A DNA stretch of 63,252 nt, filler included, from Folioceros fuciformis (Eukaryota), in the NCBI GenBank assembly GCA_049999805.1. It is 15 parts of 15 records of this genome, joined end to end, with 100 filler letters (N's around TTAATTAATTAA, not from the genome) between each part and the next. Parts side by side here need not be neighbours in the genome. Positions count along the whole stretch, not along the records: positions 14,465 to 26,518 come from JBNGIO010002223.1; positions 26,619 to 33,430 come from JBNGIO010002224.1; positions 33,531 to 37,245 come from JBNGIO010002225.1; 12 more parts are not named here. One strand, 5' to 3'. Shown here piece after piece: positions 25,901-37,345 of this stretch. How positions within the stretch are numbered: position 1 is the first letter of the stretch; each line of letters begins with the position of its first letter. A program made the translations under genes and the position numbers. Under the pieces are notes generated by a model, which saw only the letters and a program-made list of their open reading frames with translations, had not been told where the DNA came from and searched no databases.

Positions 25901-26068
25901 GCCGAAGATCTGTTCTTTAACCGCCAGCAATGCTTTCCGATCCCGCGGCACGCACAGCGGAGTGGCGGCCCAGGCGGTGGAGAGGCTGAGGAGCACCCCG
26001 GCCAAAGCCAAAGCCAAAGCCACAGCCACAGCCACGGGCGGCAGTCTCCACATTCTAGCGATGTCCAT
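22975..26068 (-). CDS. Leucine-rich-repeat receptor-like or secreted LRR protein (about 5 exons)
   Basis: Signal peptide (VAVAVALALALAGVLLSLSTAWA); LRRNT_2 (C..DRKALL..W..CCQFDGVSC); many plant LxxLxLxxNxLxGxIP repeats; island-like segment. GT-AG introns at about 25219-25366, 24872-24971, 24295-24478 and 23476-23611. 3' end uncertain, no TM seen. Confidence 0.88.
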
Positions 26069-26694
26069 TGTCAGCAGGCACACACTGCGTTCTTCCCGCC
26101 TTCTCCAGAAGGACAAGGTAACGATCACCCTCAAGGTGGCACATTCAAAAGTCCATGACTCGGAAAGCTTTCTCCCCTTGCAGGGCAATCCTAAAAAAGC
26201 TTACCGTATTGGAGAAGCCATGGTCTGGGATGGGACGACGGTGGCCGGTGGCGGGGCCACCGTTAAACCCCTGTGCACCTAACCCGGATAAATTCGTCCG
26301 CCCATCTATACATCCAACATGAGCACAGCTCAATGCTTAATTCCGGCTCACTGTGCTGTGGCCGTGGGATATCAAACTTGGAGGGATAACGGAACAGCGC
26401 GACGAAACGAGGCCCCGTGCCGTCAAATCAAGAAGGATTTTTCGCCCATTCCTGAAGGAATCGTCGGTCAGAACGTCGCAGAATCTGTCAGAACGATACG
26501 CAAGGACTCAAGTCAAGCNNNNNNNNNNNNNNNNNNNNNNNNNNNNNNNNNNNNNNNNNNNNTTAATTAATTAANNNNNNNNNNNNNNNNNNNNNNNNNN
26601 NNNNNNNNNNNNNNNNNNCTGCACACCCGCGCTCACGGCGCTGCGAGCTAGCCGCCTGCGCGCCCGCTGCCCACGGGCCCGGGCTGGCCGTTGG

Positions 26695-26842
26695 CCTAAC
26701 TCGGTTAAACTCGCGACTTTTGGGTTTAGCAAACTTAACACCATAAAAGCTACAATTTTGTATTAATTAAATTAAGTTCTTTTACTGCATTATCTCAATT
26801 ATTGCTTGTTAAGATAGTTTTGAACAAATGCATAAAATAACA
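26695..26842 (+). repeat. 5' LTR (first 37 bp or so missing)
   Basis: 6 substitutions in 148 bp versus the 3' LTR; ends in CA directly before the PBS. Confidence 0.93.
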
Positions 26843-26991
26843 TGGTATCAGAGCTCTCGATGCTCTGAGTCTTCCGCTGTACTACTCCTACATATGTTTA
26901 TTGCAATGTGATTGCAAAAATGTTGGGTTTAGTGTGTCTATTCTGGTGTCCTAGCAATCACATATGACAGACATAATAGACTCATGTTCCT

Positions 26992-27561
26992 ATGCTTAAA
27001 ATGCCTAAAAGGAGTGATAGGCGTATACAACCTATCTACTCAACTCCTTGGGCTGCTAGAGTAGATTATATTAGTAGACTACACAATGACCTGCTCTCAG
27101 TTGCTAGGAAGAAGGACTGGGTGAGAGAATCTTCTGTCTCTCCCTATAGCTACTCTAGTCGAGTGGTTTTCAGGCGGATTGAGCGTCTGCAATCAAGGAT
27201 TGAATGAGAAAATTGGTTAGGAGAAGTTCTTGAAGATGGAGTACTACTTGAGCAACTGGATTCTATAGCAAGTCCTTATTCAACTGACCATCTCATCCTC
27301 AAGTTGAACAGTATCAAATTGCTTGCTGGCCATATCTTTGCCTTCACAATCTCAAAACTTGGTGAAGTGATCCAAGGTGTGGAGTCCCTGCAATCCGAAG
27401 TTGCAGAGCTTGTCTCTCAACTTACTCAATGTAGAGTTCAACAAACACATGCCTTTGTCTCTACAGTGCAACCAATTTCAGCTATGTACCTGGAATCTCT
27501 TGTTTCCATGAGGGATGGAGCGTGCGCTGAAGATCAGACAAAGAAGACCCCTCAGATCTGA
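26992..27561 (+). pseudogene. ORF0, about 189 codons, one internal TGA
   Basis: ORFs 26992-27207 and 27304-27561 are in the same frame and continuous except for TGA at 27205; heptad-like LGEVIQGVESLQSEVAELVSQLTQ. Confidence 0.6.
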
Positions 27562-27913
27562 AGGGGTGTGAGAGACAGCCTGCGAATCTACAATTTGTTG
27601 CCCTGGAGCTCTCAACAGGCACTACTAGTGGTTGCGCCTGCTGGCTGGAGTATCTAGGTGTCGTAGATGTCCTTGCGGTCTTCCTAATTCATGCTTGGGT
27701 CACGTCCCTTGCATTCTGAGAATGTCTGCAGGCACAAACGGTTATTCGTTAGAAGCCGTGTGACATGCTTAGGGTTTGTTGAAACGTTATTCATTTAAAA
27801 AAAAAAAAACTTGAAACTTAAAACTTAAAACTTGAAGAGGCATTTAAGTTTTAGGACTTACCATTTCAACTCTCTTATGGAGTCTTTCTGTTTTTCTCCA
27901 CATTCAGTAGAGC

Positions 27914-30900
27914 ATGTCCCTTTTTGCTGCAGATACTGACTCTGATAGTGATACTGATCAACTCTCCTGGCTTTTCCCAAATCCTTCAACTCCTTCGCTC
28001 TCTCCTGGTGTCACTATGACTACAGGTCAAGGACCCATGTCTATATCTGTAGGGTCATCATACTACGGTGAGTTCAAGGAAAAAGACAGGTTCGATGGAA
28101 AAGCATCACGCTTTGAAAGCTGGAAAGCACGAATGAGAGCTAACCTTGATGCTCGCGACGTTCTGGAGTATGTTGATGGCAGTATACCGAACCCTTTCCT
28201 TGTACCAGCTACAGCTGCAATTCAGCCTATGCCTGATGACAAGGCAAAGTGGAAGAAATGCAACAAGGTTGCATTTGCTATTCTTTTGTCTGGCCTGGAT
28301 GAGACCACAGTTACTGAAGTGGATTCACTGGAATCAGCCGAAGCTGTGTGGAAGCAACTTCATGACACTTATCAGGTCAGAAACATATGTACCATGATCA
28401 ATGCAAGAAACGACTTCCACAGTTTGAGGTTGAGGGAGGGGGAACCAGTTGGTGCTCATGTCACCAAGTTGAGGCACCTGCGAGCACTGCTTGCTGCGCT
28501 AGGTACCAAGATTACTGAAGTGGAGTTGACAGCACAACTGTTGACCAGCCTGCCCTCATCCTATCAATCCTTTATTTCCAGCCAAAATGCCACTTTGCGT
28601 GATGCCTACTCAGCAGCAGCAAGTGGCCAACCTTCTACACTCAACCTGAATGATATAGTTGGGGCCCTCCTGCAAGAGGAGCAGAGCCGCCAACGCTCTC
28701 ACTCTGGTTCAAGGCTGCGTGGTGAAAAAGTTCTTCTTGCTGAAAAAGGCAAGCAACAATGGAAGGGGAAGGACAATAGTAAAAAGAATTCTTCAAACAC
28801 TTATGTTACCTCTTCCTCCACCACTAAGCGCACAGGCAGTTGCAACTAGTGCCAGATTCCTGGGCACTGGGAACGTGACTGTAGAAAGAAGAAAGCTGGA
28901 GAGCCGAAAGAGATGGTTAGATCAGAGGCCCATGTTTCGTCTAAGGAAGCAAAACCTCAGAATGGCCAACAAAAACCTTGAAGCAGCAGTTCTGTACTCA
29001 CAGTTTGTCTGACTTCGACTACTGAGAACACACAGCATTGGTTTGTTGATTCGGGAGCAACTTCTCACGTCTGCAACAATCAACAAATGTTTTCTTCTTT
29101 TAACAGTCTGCAAACCCCTCAGTCTGTTTTTGTGGGTGATGCACAAGGCATTGAGGTAAAAGGGATAGGTATAGTAGACATACCACTTCTTGATGGCTCC
29201 TTTTTACATCTTCAGGAAGTCCTGTTTGTACCAACAATGAGTAGTAACTTATTATCTGTTAGAGCCATTTCTAGAATGAATAGATATGGTTTTCGTTTTG
29301 AAAATAGTACATGCTACATGTATCCCCTTACCTACCCAAAGAAGATTCTAGCCAAGGCGGTCTTAGTACACGATCTTTATCAACCGGTTCAGGAGTCTAA
29401 GTCGCGCACCAGAGTCCTTCTTGCTTCATCCAATGACAAGGCTAACCTGTGGCATTCGAGGTTGGGCCATGTAAACAAGTCGAAGTTGGATTTTATGTCG
29501 AACTCCACATTCTACAGAGAGAAGCTCCCTAGTTGTTTCAAGCATTTATCAGCCTGCTCCTCCTGCATACTATCTAAACAAAAAGAATTGCCTTTCAAGA
29601 ATAAACAACCAACCAGAGCAACTGCTGTTCTTGAACTTGTGCACGCTGATATTGCTGGAAAGCTGCCTGTGAAGTCCCTTGGTGGAGTAGAGTATTATCT
29701 CTCCTTGCCTGACGATTTTTCTCGCTATACTTGGAGCTTTCCTATCAGGCTAAAGAGTGATGTGTTCGAACACATCTCCTCCTGGATCCTCATGGTCTAG
29801 AGACAGACTGGACGTCTTGTCAGATGCTTCCGGACTGATAATGGAGGGGAGTTCATTGGTCATCGGTTTGATGACCTTTTCCAAGCTTATGGTATTCTTC
29901 GTCAGCTGTCTGTGCCCTATACACAACAACAGAATGGTGTTGCTGAGCGGAAAAATCAAACTTTGATGGGCATGACCCGCAGCATGCTCTCATGGGCTAA
30001 CTTACCTAAATCTCTCTGGGCAGAAGCCGTGGTGACAGCTACTTACATTTTGAATCGCCTTGTTACTTCAGCTCTGCCTGATTGTACCCCTTATGAAGCA
30101 TTCTGGGGTCGCAAACCAAGCTTGCTTCACTTGAGGGTCTTTGGGTCACCAGCCTTTGCTTTTGTTCCTAAAGCCAAGAGGGGAAGCTAGATGATAGGTC
30201 TCGACCCTCCATCTTTGTTGGCTATTCAGAGGAATCTAAAGCCTATAAGTTGTATGACCCTAAGACTTCCAAGATTACACTAGCCCGTAGTGTTACCTTC
30301 AAGGAGTTCTTGACTCCTCAAATAGATTCCTTGTCTACCACTCTTGAGAGTATACCTGCTGATACAAAGTCCACACAAGAATACCCACAATCAGATGGTG
30401 ATGTAGCAGTTGACGCATTCTTACAACCATTAAATGGTCAACCAGACCCACCTTTAGCACCTGGAGTTGGTATACCTCCTGTAGATCCGGATCCTCTCGT
30501 TGCTGAGCACCATGAGGGGGATTACCAATATAATGAGGAGCAGCCAGGTGGTTTTGAAGACTCGCATATCAGTGAAACTCCTAGTGATGGTGTATTGTCA
30601 GATCGTGATGAGACTGTTGATGCTGATCCTCCTCCTCGCTATCCTGTAAGGATGAGAAGATCACGAGAGTTATGGGATGAGCCACCCTATCAGTCTGAGG
30701 ATTTCAGGAGACATACTGCAGACAATGTAACAGACTTGTATGTACCTGATGTCAGACCTGATCCTCGAACACTTGATGAAGCACTGACTGGTCCTGATGG
30801 GGCTCATTGGCGAGTGGCTGTGAATGATGAGTATAATAGTCTCCTCAAAAACCAGACGTGGGAGCTAGCTGATCTGCCACCAGGCAGGAAACCTATTACC

Positions 30901-32355
30901 TGTAAATGGGTTTTTAAGACTAAACTAAAGTCAGATGGAACTATAGCAAGATACAAGAGCAGACTGGTGGCAAGAGGGTTCTCACAGATTCTTGGCATAG
31001 ACTATGGAGATACCTTCTCTCCCGTAGTGAAACCTCCGTCTGTCAGGATCCTTCTTGCACTTGCTGCCGAGTTTGACCTTGAACTCCATCAAATGGATGT
31101 TTGCACGGCCTTCCTACATGGAGAACTGGAAGAGGTTCTTTACATGAACCAACCAGAAGGGTTTGTTAGTAAGAAATGGCCAGGAAAAGTATGTAAACTT
31201 TTGAAGACAATCTATGGTTTGAAACAAAGTCCTAGAGCCTGGTACAAACGAATTATGAAATTCCTGTGTAAGGCAGGCTTCTCACAATCATCAGCAGACT
31301 CAAATGTCTTCTACTTATCTGAGTCTGAGTTGTTTGTCATCCTGGCTTTGTATGTTGACGATGCTATCTTATTAAGTAACAGCATGTCGCAAATGAACAA
31401 GGTTAAGGATCTTCTGAGGAGTGAATTTGAAATGACAGACCAGGGTGCCCTTCAGTTCTACTTGGGCATCTAGATACTCAGAAACAGGCAAGAAGGAACT
31501 ATTGTTCTTCATCAGTCAAAGTACCTTAAGGAAATACTTAAAAGATTTCACCTGGATGAAGCACGTCCTGTAACCACCCCTTCAGTGGTGGGTGAGAAGT
31601 TATCAGTTGACATGTCCCCTTAGTCTGCAGATGAAGAAAAGGATATGGCTGGCATTCCTTAAGCAGAGGCAGTTGGGTGCCTTATTTTCCTGGCAAACAG
31701 GACTAGACCAGATATAAGCTTCTCTGTTAGTATGGTAGCTCAGTTTATAAAGACTCCAGGTCGAGTCCACTGGGCTGCAGTCAAACGTATCTATCGGTAT
31801 CTAAAGGGAACAGTTAATCTAGGCCTTCACTATACTGCCAGTAGGAAGAAAAGCTTTGTTCTGACAGCTCTAGCTGATGCTGACTGGGCATCAGATTCAA
31901 ACACTCGTAAGAGTCTGTCTGCCTACGTATGTTTGCTAGCTTCTGGTGCTGTCAATTGGTCAGGTAAAAAGCAGTCCTCATTAGCCCTGTCATCTACTGA
32001 GGCTGAATACAAGGCCCTAACAGATGCCTGCAAGGAACTTGAATGGGAAAGACAGTTTTTAGAATCCATCTTTATGACACAAACCTGTGCAACTCAACTT
32101 CTATGTGATAATATGTCTGCTATAGCCCTAGTGGCTAATCCCCATTTCCATGCAAGGACAAAGCACATAGAGCTCTATCACCACGACATTAGGGACGTGG
32201 TGGAAAGAGGTGTGGCTAAGGTGGAATATGTAAGCACAGATGAAAATACAGCAGACCTACTGACAAAAGGACTTTCTAAGGTCAAGCACTATAAGCATCT
32301 GGCCTCTATGGGCTTAAGGGTATTTGCTATGCCGGTACGAAAGAGTATAGTATAA
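27914..32355 (+). pseudogene. Copia gag-pol pseudogene
   Basis: FKEKDRFDG gag, zinc knuckle, WFVDSGAT, rve, YVDD, ADADWA; several TAG/TAA stops and a frameshift. Confidence 0.95.
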
Positions 32356-32551
32356 TATGTGTGCTCTGCTAACAGGAAATGACCTAGGCGATTTACTACA
32401 GAGTTGCCTTTCCTGTCCAGCACACAAGCCATGAGGACAGTTCAGTGGATGAAGCAACCTGCATATTCAGTCGTGAACTGTTCTCTACATCAGCATAAAG
32501 CAAAGAAAAACTTAACAGCAGTCAGTTACCTCTCTCAGGCAGGCAAGGGGC

Positions 32552-32941
32552 TTAGCTATCATTAGCTTCGTGTACACCGCCGACTGCTCCATTATACCCT
32601 AGCGTGTTCAGTTCCTTCACTAGGTGCTGTATTTCACACTCTAACAATGGAAACATGGTCGGATCTCGTTGAGGGAATCTGGCGACCAGGTCTCGAAGCT
32701 CCAGGACCCGACATTTCGCAGCCATGACTGCTTCTTCAACCTCTTCGCACTTCTGAGCAGTTTGAAGCAGATGGCACACCAAGTTTTTGTCTGACTGTGT
32801 AGGCCACTCTGCAAGCGTCTTCGATGTGTGAGTCTCGCCAGGCTCAACAGAGTTGCTATGCTGCCGTGAGGACTCTTCCCTTGGACGCTTCTGACAACTC
32901 AAGCCGCCACCCCTCTTGCGTGCCATCTCTCCCTGCACCAA
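32552..32941 (-). CDS. Antisense ORF in the 3' region of the copia element, unknown helical protein
   Basis: 129 open codons between pol and the PPT; amphipathic C-terminal half; no recognised family. Confidence 0.4.
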   Translation of the reverse strand: MVQGEMARKRGGGLSCQKRPREESSRQHSNSVEPGETHTSKTLAEWPTQSDKNLVCHLLQTAQKCEEVEEAVMAAKCRVLELRDLVARFPQRDPTMFPLLECEIQHLVKELNTLGYNGAVGGVHEANDS

Positions 32942-33205
32942 AACACAGAAGACTGAGAACTTCCTACGTAGTGAGTGTTCTTATCCTTGGTATTGTGAGA
33001 GCCAGTCACCACGATTCTTCAGCCTGCTCTGAGCCTTCAAGCCTCTTCTTGTCTGAAGCTGGATCGTCCGTCATGCTCCCTTCATGATCTCCTTGCTTGT
33101 GCCACACAACAACTTCGCACGGTTGCCTCATCATGAGGGGGTGACGAGGATTATGGCCCGTTAGGGTTTAAGCACTTACTTTAACCTCGCAAGGTTAAGA
33201 GGGGG

Positions 33206-33390
33206 TGTTAAGGTTATTTTAGATAACCATTGGTTATATTAACCTAACTCGGTTAAACTCGTGACTTTTGGGTTTAGCAAACTTAACACTATAAAAGCTA
33301 CAATTTCGTATTAATTAAATTAAGTTCTTTTACTACATTATCTCAATTATTCCTTGTCAAGATAGTTTTGAACAAATGCATAAAATAACA
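33206..33390 (+). repeat. 3' LTR (185 bp)
   Basis: TGTTA...TAACA, preceded by the PPT. Confidence 0.95.
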
Positions 33391-34329
33391 GCCTGCGGGG
33401 TCTGGCGCCACTCGTTAGGGACCTAGTGCCNNNNNNNNNNNNNNNNNNNNNNNNNNNNNNNNNNNNNNNNNNNNTTAATTAATTAANNNNNNNNNNNNNN
33501 NNNNNNNNNNNNNNNNNNNNNNNNNNNNNNTCTCAGAATCGTTGAATCGTTCAACCGCAATACCGTACACGCCAACTTGTTGAGACGAGCTTCGAGTCGT
33601 CCTCTGTCTACAGTTCCTCCAGCGTGCCCACTTCCACCCGTGCGTACGAAGGGTGTCAGTCAACCAGCTTGCAGGAGTTCAATTGGATAGAATAAGTCGA
33701 CAACGGTGGAAGAGGCACGGCAGCTATTTTCCGGTGCCCAGATCTTGACTCCGTCGTTGTATCTTTATTATTTTATGTGGCTTGTGAGAAAAGACTTGCA
33801 TCCATGGGCATCAGGAGCTGCCTGGCAGTACCGAAGCAAGTTGTGCATGGCAGCAAGGATGGTGCAGCCGGGCATAGCTATGACCACTTGTTTTCCACCA
33901 AACCTTGTTTGAATTAGATTCATGAAACCTACTGATTACCACAGCGGGTGCCATGGTTGAAGTTGTCGGGCTTTCTGGGCATGTGGTCGAGGCGCAGCAG
34001 AGTGCTTTGCAGACAATGCCATTTCACCGACGATCCACACTTGGTGGAGAGTAGTGACTACAAGTGCAAGGCCCAGACCTGGTGAAGTGATGGTAAGTTG
34101 GGATTGAGCAAGTTGGTGGGATCGTAAAGGTCATTTCCTATGCATCACCAAAAGTGTAAAGAGTCAGGACTTGTTTGCCGAGGCTCGAGCCGTACCAGCA
34201 GAGGGCTCCACCAAGGTGATGAAAAGATGCCAAGGCGAGTGGCCGAGAGGGGTTGGGAAGCTCGCAGGAACATAGGTGGGAAGCTTCTCAAACGTGTTGT
34301 GGATAGCCTACAAAACAGAACAAGTGCAG

Positions 34330-36570
34330 TCAAAGGTAATCAGACGTGTATGTATTGTGTGGCACCTGGATGGATGGGCGCTGGGCCGAATGAGCTTGTG
34401 GGTGGTTGCAATTGAGTCGTCTCATGTGCTCTAGCCCAGGTACTTCGGCAACTGGCCTACTAGCTGGGGGCAATGACATTTGTTGCGAGCTGGGTAGATG
34501 CAGCGTGCGATTGATGGGACAGTGCTTTGGGAGCCCTGCCAGACTGAGTGCTGGCAATGCAGTTTAGAAGGGGCTGATAATCAATGTGTGTTGACTGGTA
34601 GGGATGTTTGTTGCATGCGAGCTGGCTAGGTTGGACCAGTGTGTTTCGGTGTGGCATTCACAGGCGTGGATGGTGTGGTTGTTAATACTATGTGTGTTAG
34701 GTGGTGCAAGGACGCTGAGCTTGCATATTGGGATACGAGTGCGCACACGAATTGGAAGGTGTTGATCACAAGTCGGACAGTCGGATTTGGTAGGCCTTCG
34801 CGCCAGGGCCTTCCTTGTTTCCCTTGGACAAGTTTTGGCATTTGAATCGATGTACGCTGGGCACATGTGGCTGGCGGGTGGTCGCGAGTGAGTCGTCTCG
34901 TGTGCTCAAGCCCAGGTACTTCGCGAACAGGCCTACTAGCTAGGGGCAATGGCGTTTGTGCGAGGATAGATGCTGTGACTGCTGGGCTCGTTCCTTGGAG
35001 AGCAGCCTTCACTAGTGCTGGCAGTGTTGAATTAAGAGCTGATGCTCCATGTTTGCTGAGCTGGATGGATGGTTTGTTGTACATTAGCGAGTGAGTTTGT
35101 TTGTTGTATGGGCAGTCGTGGGTGGTGTGGTCGCTGAGAACATGCGTGTTGCAAGGACGCTGAGCTTGCATGATCGGATACGCGTGCGCACACGAATTGG
35201 GAGTTGTTGACTCCAAGTCGGGCAGGCGGATTTCGTAGCCCTTTGGACCGAGTCCTTCCTTGTCTGCCTCTGATCAGTTTGGCATTTGGATGGATGGTCG
35301 CTGAGCAGACGTGGCTTGCGGGTGGTTGCGATTGAGTGGTCTTTTGTGCCCAAGCCCAGGTACTTTGGGAACAGGCCTAGTAGCTATGGGCAATGGCATT
35401 TGCGCAAGGCGACATACTGTGTTCGCGGGGCTATTGCGTTGGGAGCAGTAGCAGGGCTGGCAGGGTAGAGTGAGCTTATGATCCATGTGTGTCGAGTGGG
35501 ATGGATGGTTGTTGCATGTTGGCTGGCTGGGTTGGGCCAGTGTGTTCCTGTGTAGCATTGACAGGCGTGGATGGTGTGGTTGTTGATACCATGTGTGTTG
35601 GGTGGTGCAAGGACGGTGAGCTTGCATTATCGGATACGCGTGCGCTCACGAATTGGACGGTGGTGATCCCAAGTCGGACAGGCCTTCCTCGTTTCCCTTG
35701 GATCAAACTGGCATTTGGATCGATGGGCGCTGGGCAAGCGTGGCTTGCGGGTGGTTGAGAGTGAGTCGTCTCGTATGCTCAAGCCCAGGTACTATGCGAA
35801 CATGCCTACCAGCTAGGGGCAATGGCATTTGTGCGAGGATATATGCTGTGACTGCTGAGCTCGTTCTTTGGAGAGCAGCCTCCTCTAGTGCTGGCAGTGT
35901 TGAATTAAGAGCTGAAGTTCCATGTTTGTTGAGTGGGATGGATAGTCGTTGCACATTAGCGAGTGAGTTTTGTGTGTTGTATTGGCAGGCGTGGGTGGTG
36001 TTGTCGCTGAGAGCATGTGTTTTGCAAGGACGCTGTGCATGCATTATCAGTCACGCGTACGCACACGAATTGGGAGGTGGTGATTCCAAGTCGGACTGTC
36101 GGATTTGGGGGCTTCGGGCCGAGTCCTTCCTTGTTTCCGTTTGACCAGTTTAGCATTTGGATGGATGGTCGCTGGGCAGATTTGGTGTGGGTGGTTGCGA
36201 GTGAGTCGTCCCTTGTGCCCAAGCCCAGGTACTTTGGCACCAGGCCTACCAGCTAGGGCCAATGACACTTGTGCGAGGATCCATGCTGTGATAGTTGTAG
36301 CCGGGCCGGGAGTGTAGAGTGAGCTGATGATATACTTGTGTCGAGAGGGATGCATGGTGCATGTTTGTATGTTGGCTTGGTGAGTTTTTTGGGTAGCATT
36401 GGCAGGCGTGGGTGGTGGGGTTGCTGATAACATTTGTGTGGGGTGCTGCAAGGTAGCTGTGCTTTGCGCAATCAGATACCCGTGCGCGCACGAATTGGGA
36501 GGTGAGATCCCAAGTCGGGCACGCAGACTCGGCAGTCTGACCTTCGGATGGAGGCCTTCCTTGTTTCTCT
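34330..36570. repeat. Tandem repeat of about 430-475 bp units, five copies
   Basis: Anchor AGCCCAGGTACT at about 34433, 34909, 35353, 35782 and 36222; CACGAATTGG and CAAGTCGG also recur. Confidence 0.9.
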
Positions 36571-36655
36571 TTGGTCATCAGCTGAGTAGCGAGATTCATG
36601 GTGGCGGTGGTGGTGTAGTCGTGAGGAGGTGGGGCAGCGGTAGCGGTGTGAAGGC

Positions 36656-37245
36656 ATGGCGAGTTGGGAGCAGAGCAGCGGCGAGTGGCAGGACCTGGAG
36701 CCGCTTCCTGCTGGCCTGGTGAAGCTCCTGCGCGATCTTGGCGCCAGACGATGGCCAGCGTCAACCTCCGTTTCGACATCTGGCAACACTCACCCGCGTC
36801 TCACGTATTTCACAGATGTGGATCTTGGGGACAGATCGGGCAAGTACGGGCCCTTCTTCCAGCGGGATCTTGGAGAGAAATTCGTGAAGCTGACGGCGGC
36901 GGAGCAGAAGCGGTGGTTGGAAGTCCGGGTGCAGGTGTTGGCTGCCATCGCCCAATGCAAGACCCTCAAGATGATCCGGTTGCGTCGAGAATGGTGTGTC
37001 GGCGAGGACGGGCGACCGAAGGAGTGGGAAGCCATGTTGGGGGCTCTAGAGCTGGCATCCAAATCCAACAATTCCTCCTTACAAGAGCTGTATTTGAGCG
37101 ACTGTGGATCGCTGGGAGGAAGTGAGGCAGCGTGTGAGGCCCTGGCTGGCGTCCTGGCCCACAGTCGCACGCTTCTCGTGCTGGATATCCGGAGAATCTT
37201 GATGGATGTCAGCGGGCTAGTCCATCTGCGCAGTAAGCTGGAAGA
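36656..37245 (+). CDS. RNI-like LRR protein N-terminus (possibly TORNADO1-like), truncated by contig end
   Basis: SNNSSLQELYLSDC..ACEALAGVLAHSRTLLVLDIR ribonuclease-inhibitor-type repeats; GC-rich coding composition. Confidence 0.6.
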
Positions 37246-37345
37246 NNNNNNNNNNNNNNNNNNNNNNNNNNNNNNNNNNNNNNNNNNNNTTAATTAATTA
37301 ANNNNNNNNNNNNNNNNNNNNNNNNNNNNNNNNNNNNNNNNNNNN

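Larger units (their letters stand above)
26695..33390 (+). mobile_element. Full-length Ty1/copia element with short LTRs, extra 5' ORF0 and a 3' antisense ORF
   Basis: 5' LTR 26695-26842 (start truncated), PBS 26843-26854, gag-pol 27914-32355, PPT AAGAGGGGG, 3' LTR 33206-33390. Confidence 0.96.

Noticed and set aside
33403-33422. TGGCGCC.. possible Ty3 PBS
   Set aside because: Poor tRNA match and no adjacent matching LTR end.
34330-36600. Many overlapping 60-200 aa ORFs
   Set aside because: Products of a tandem repeat; frames are not preserved between units.
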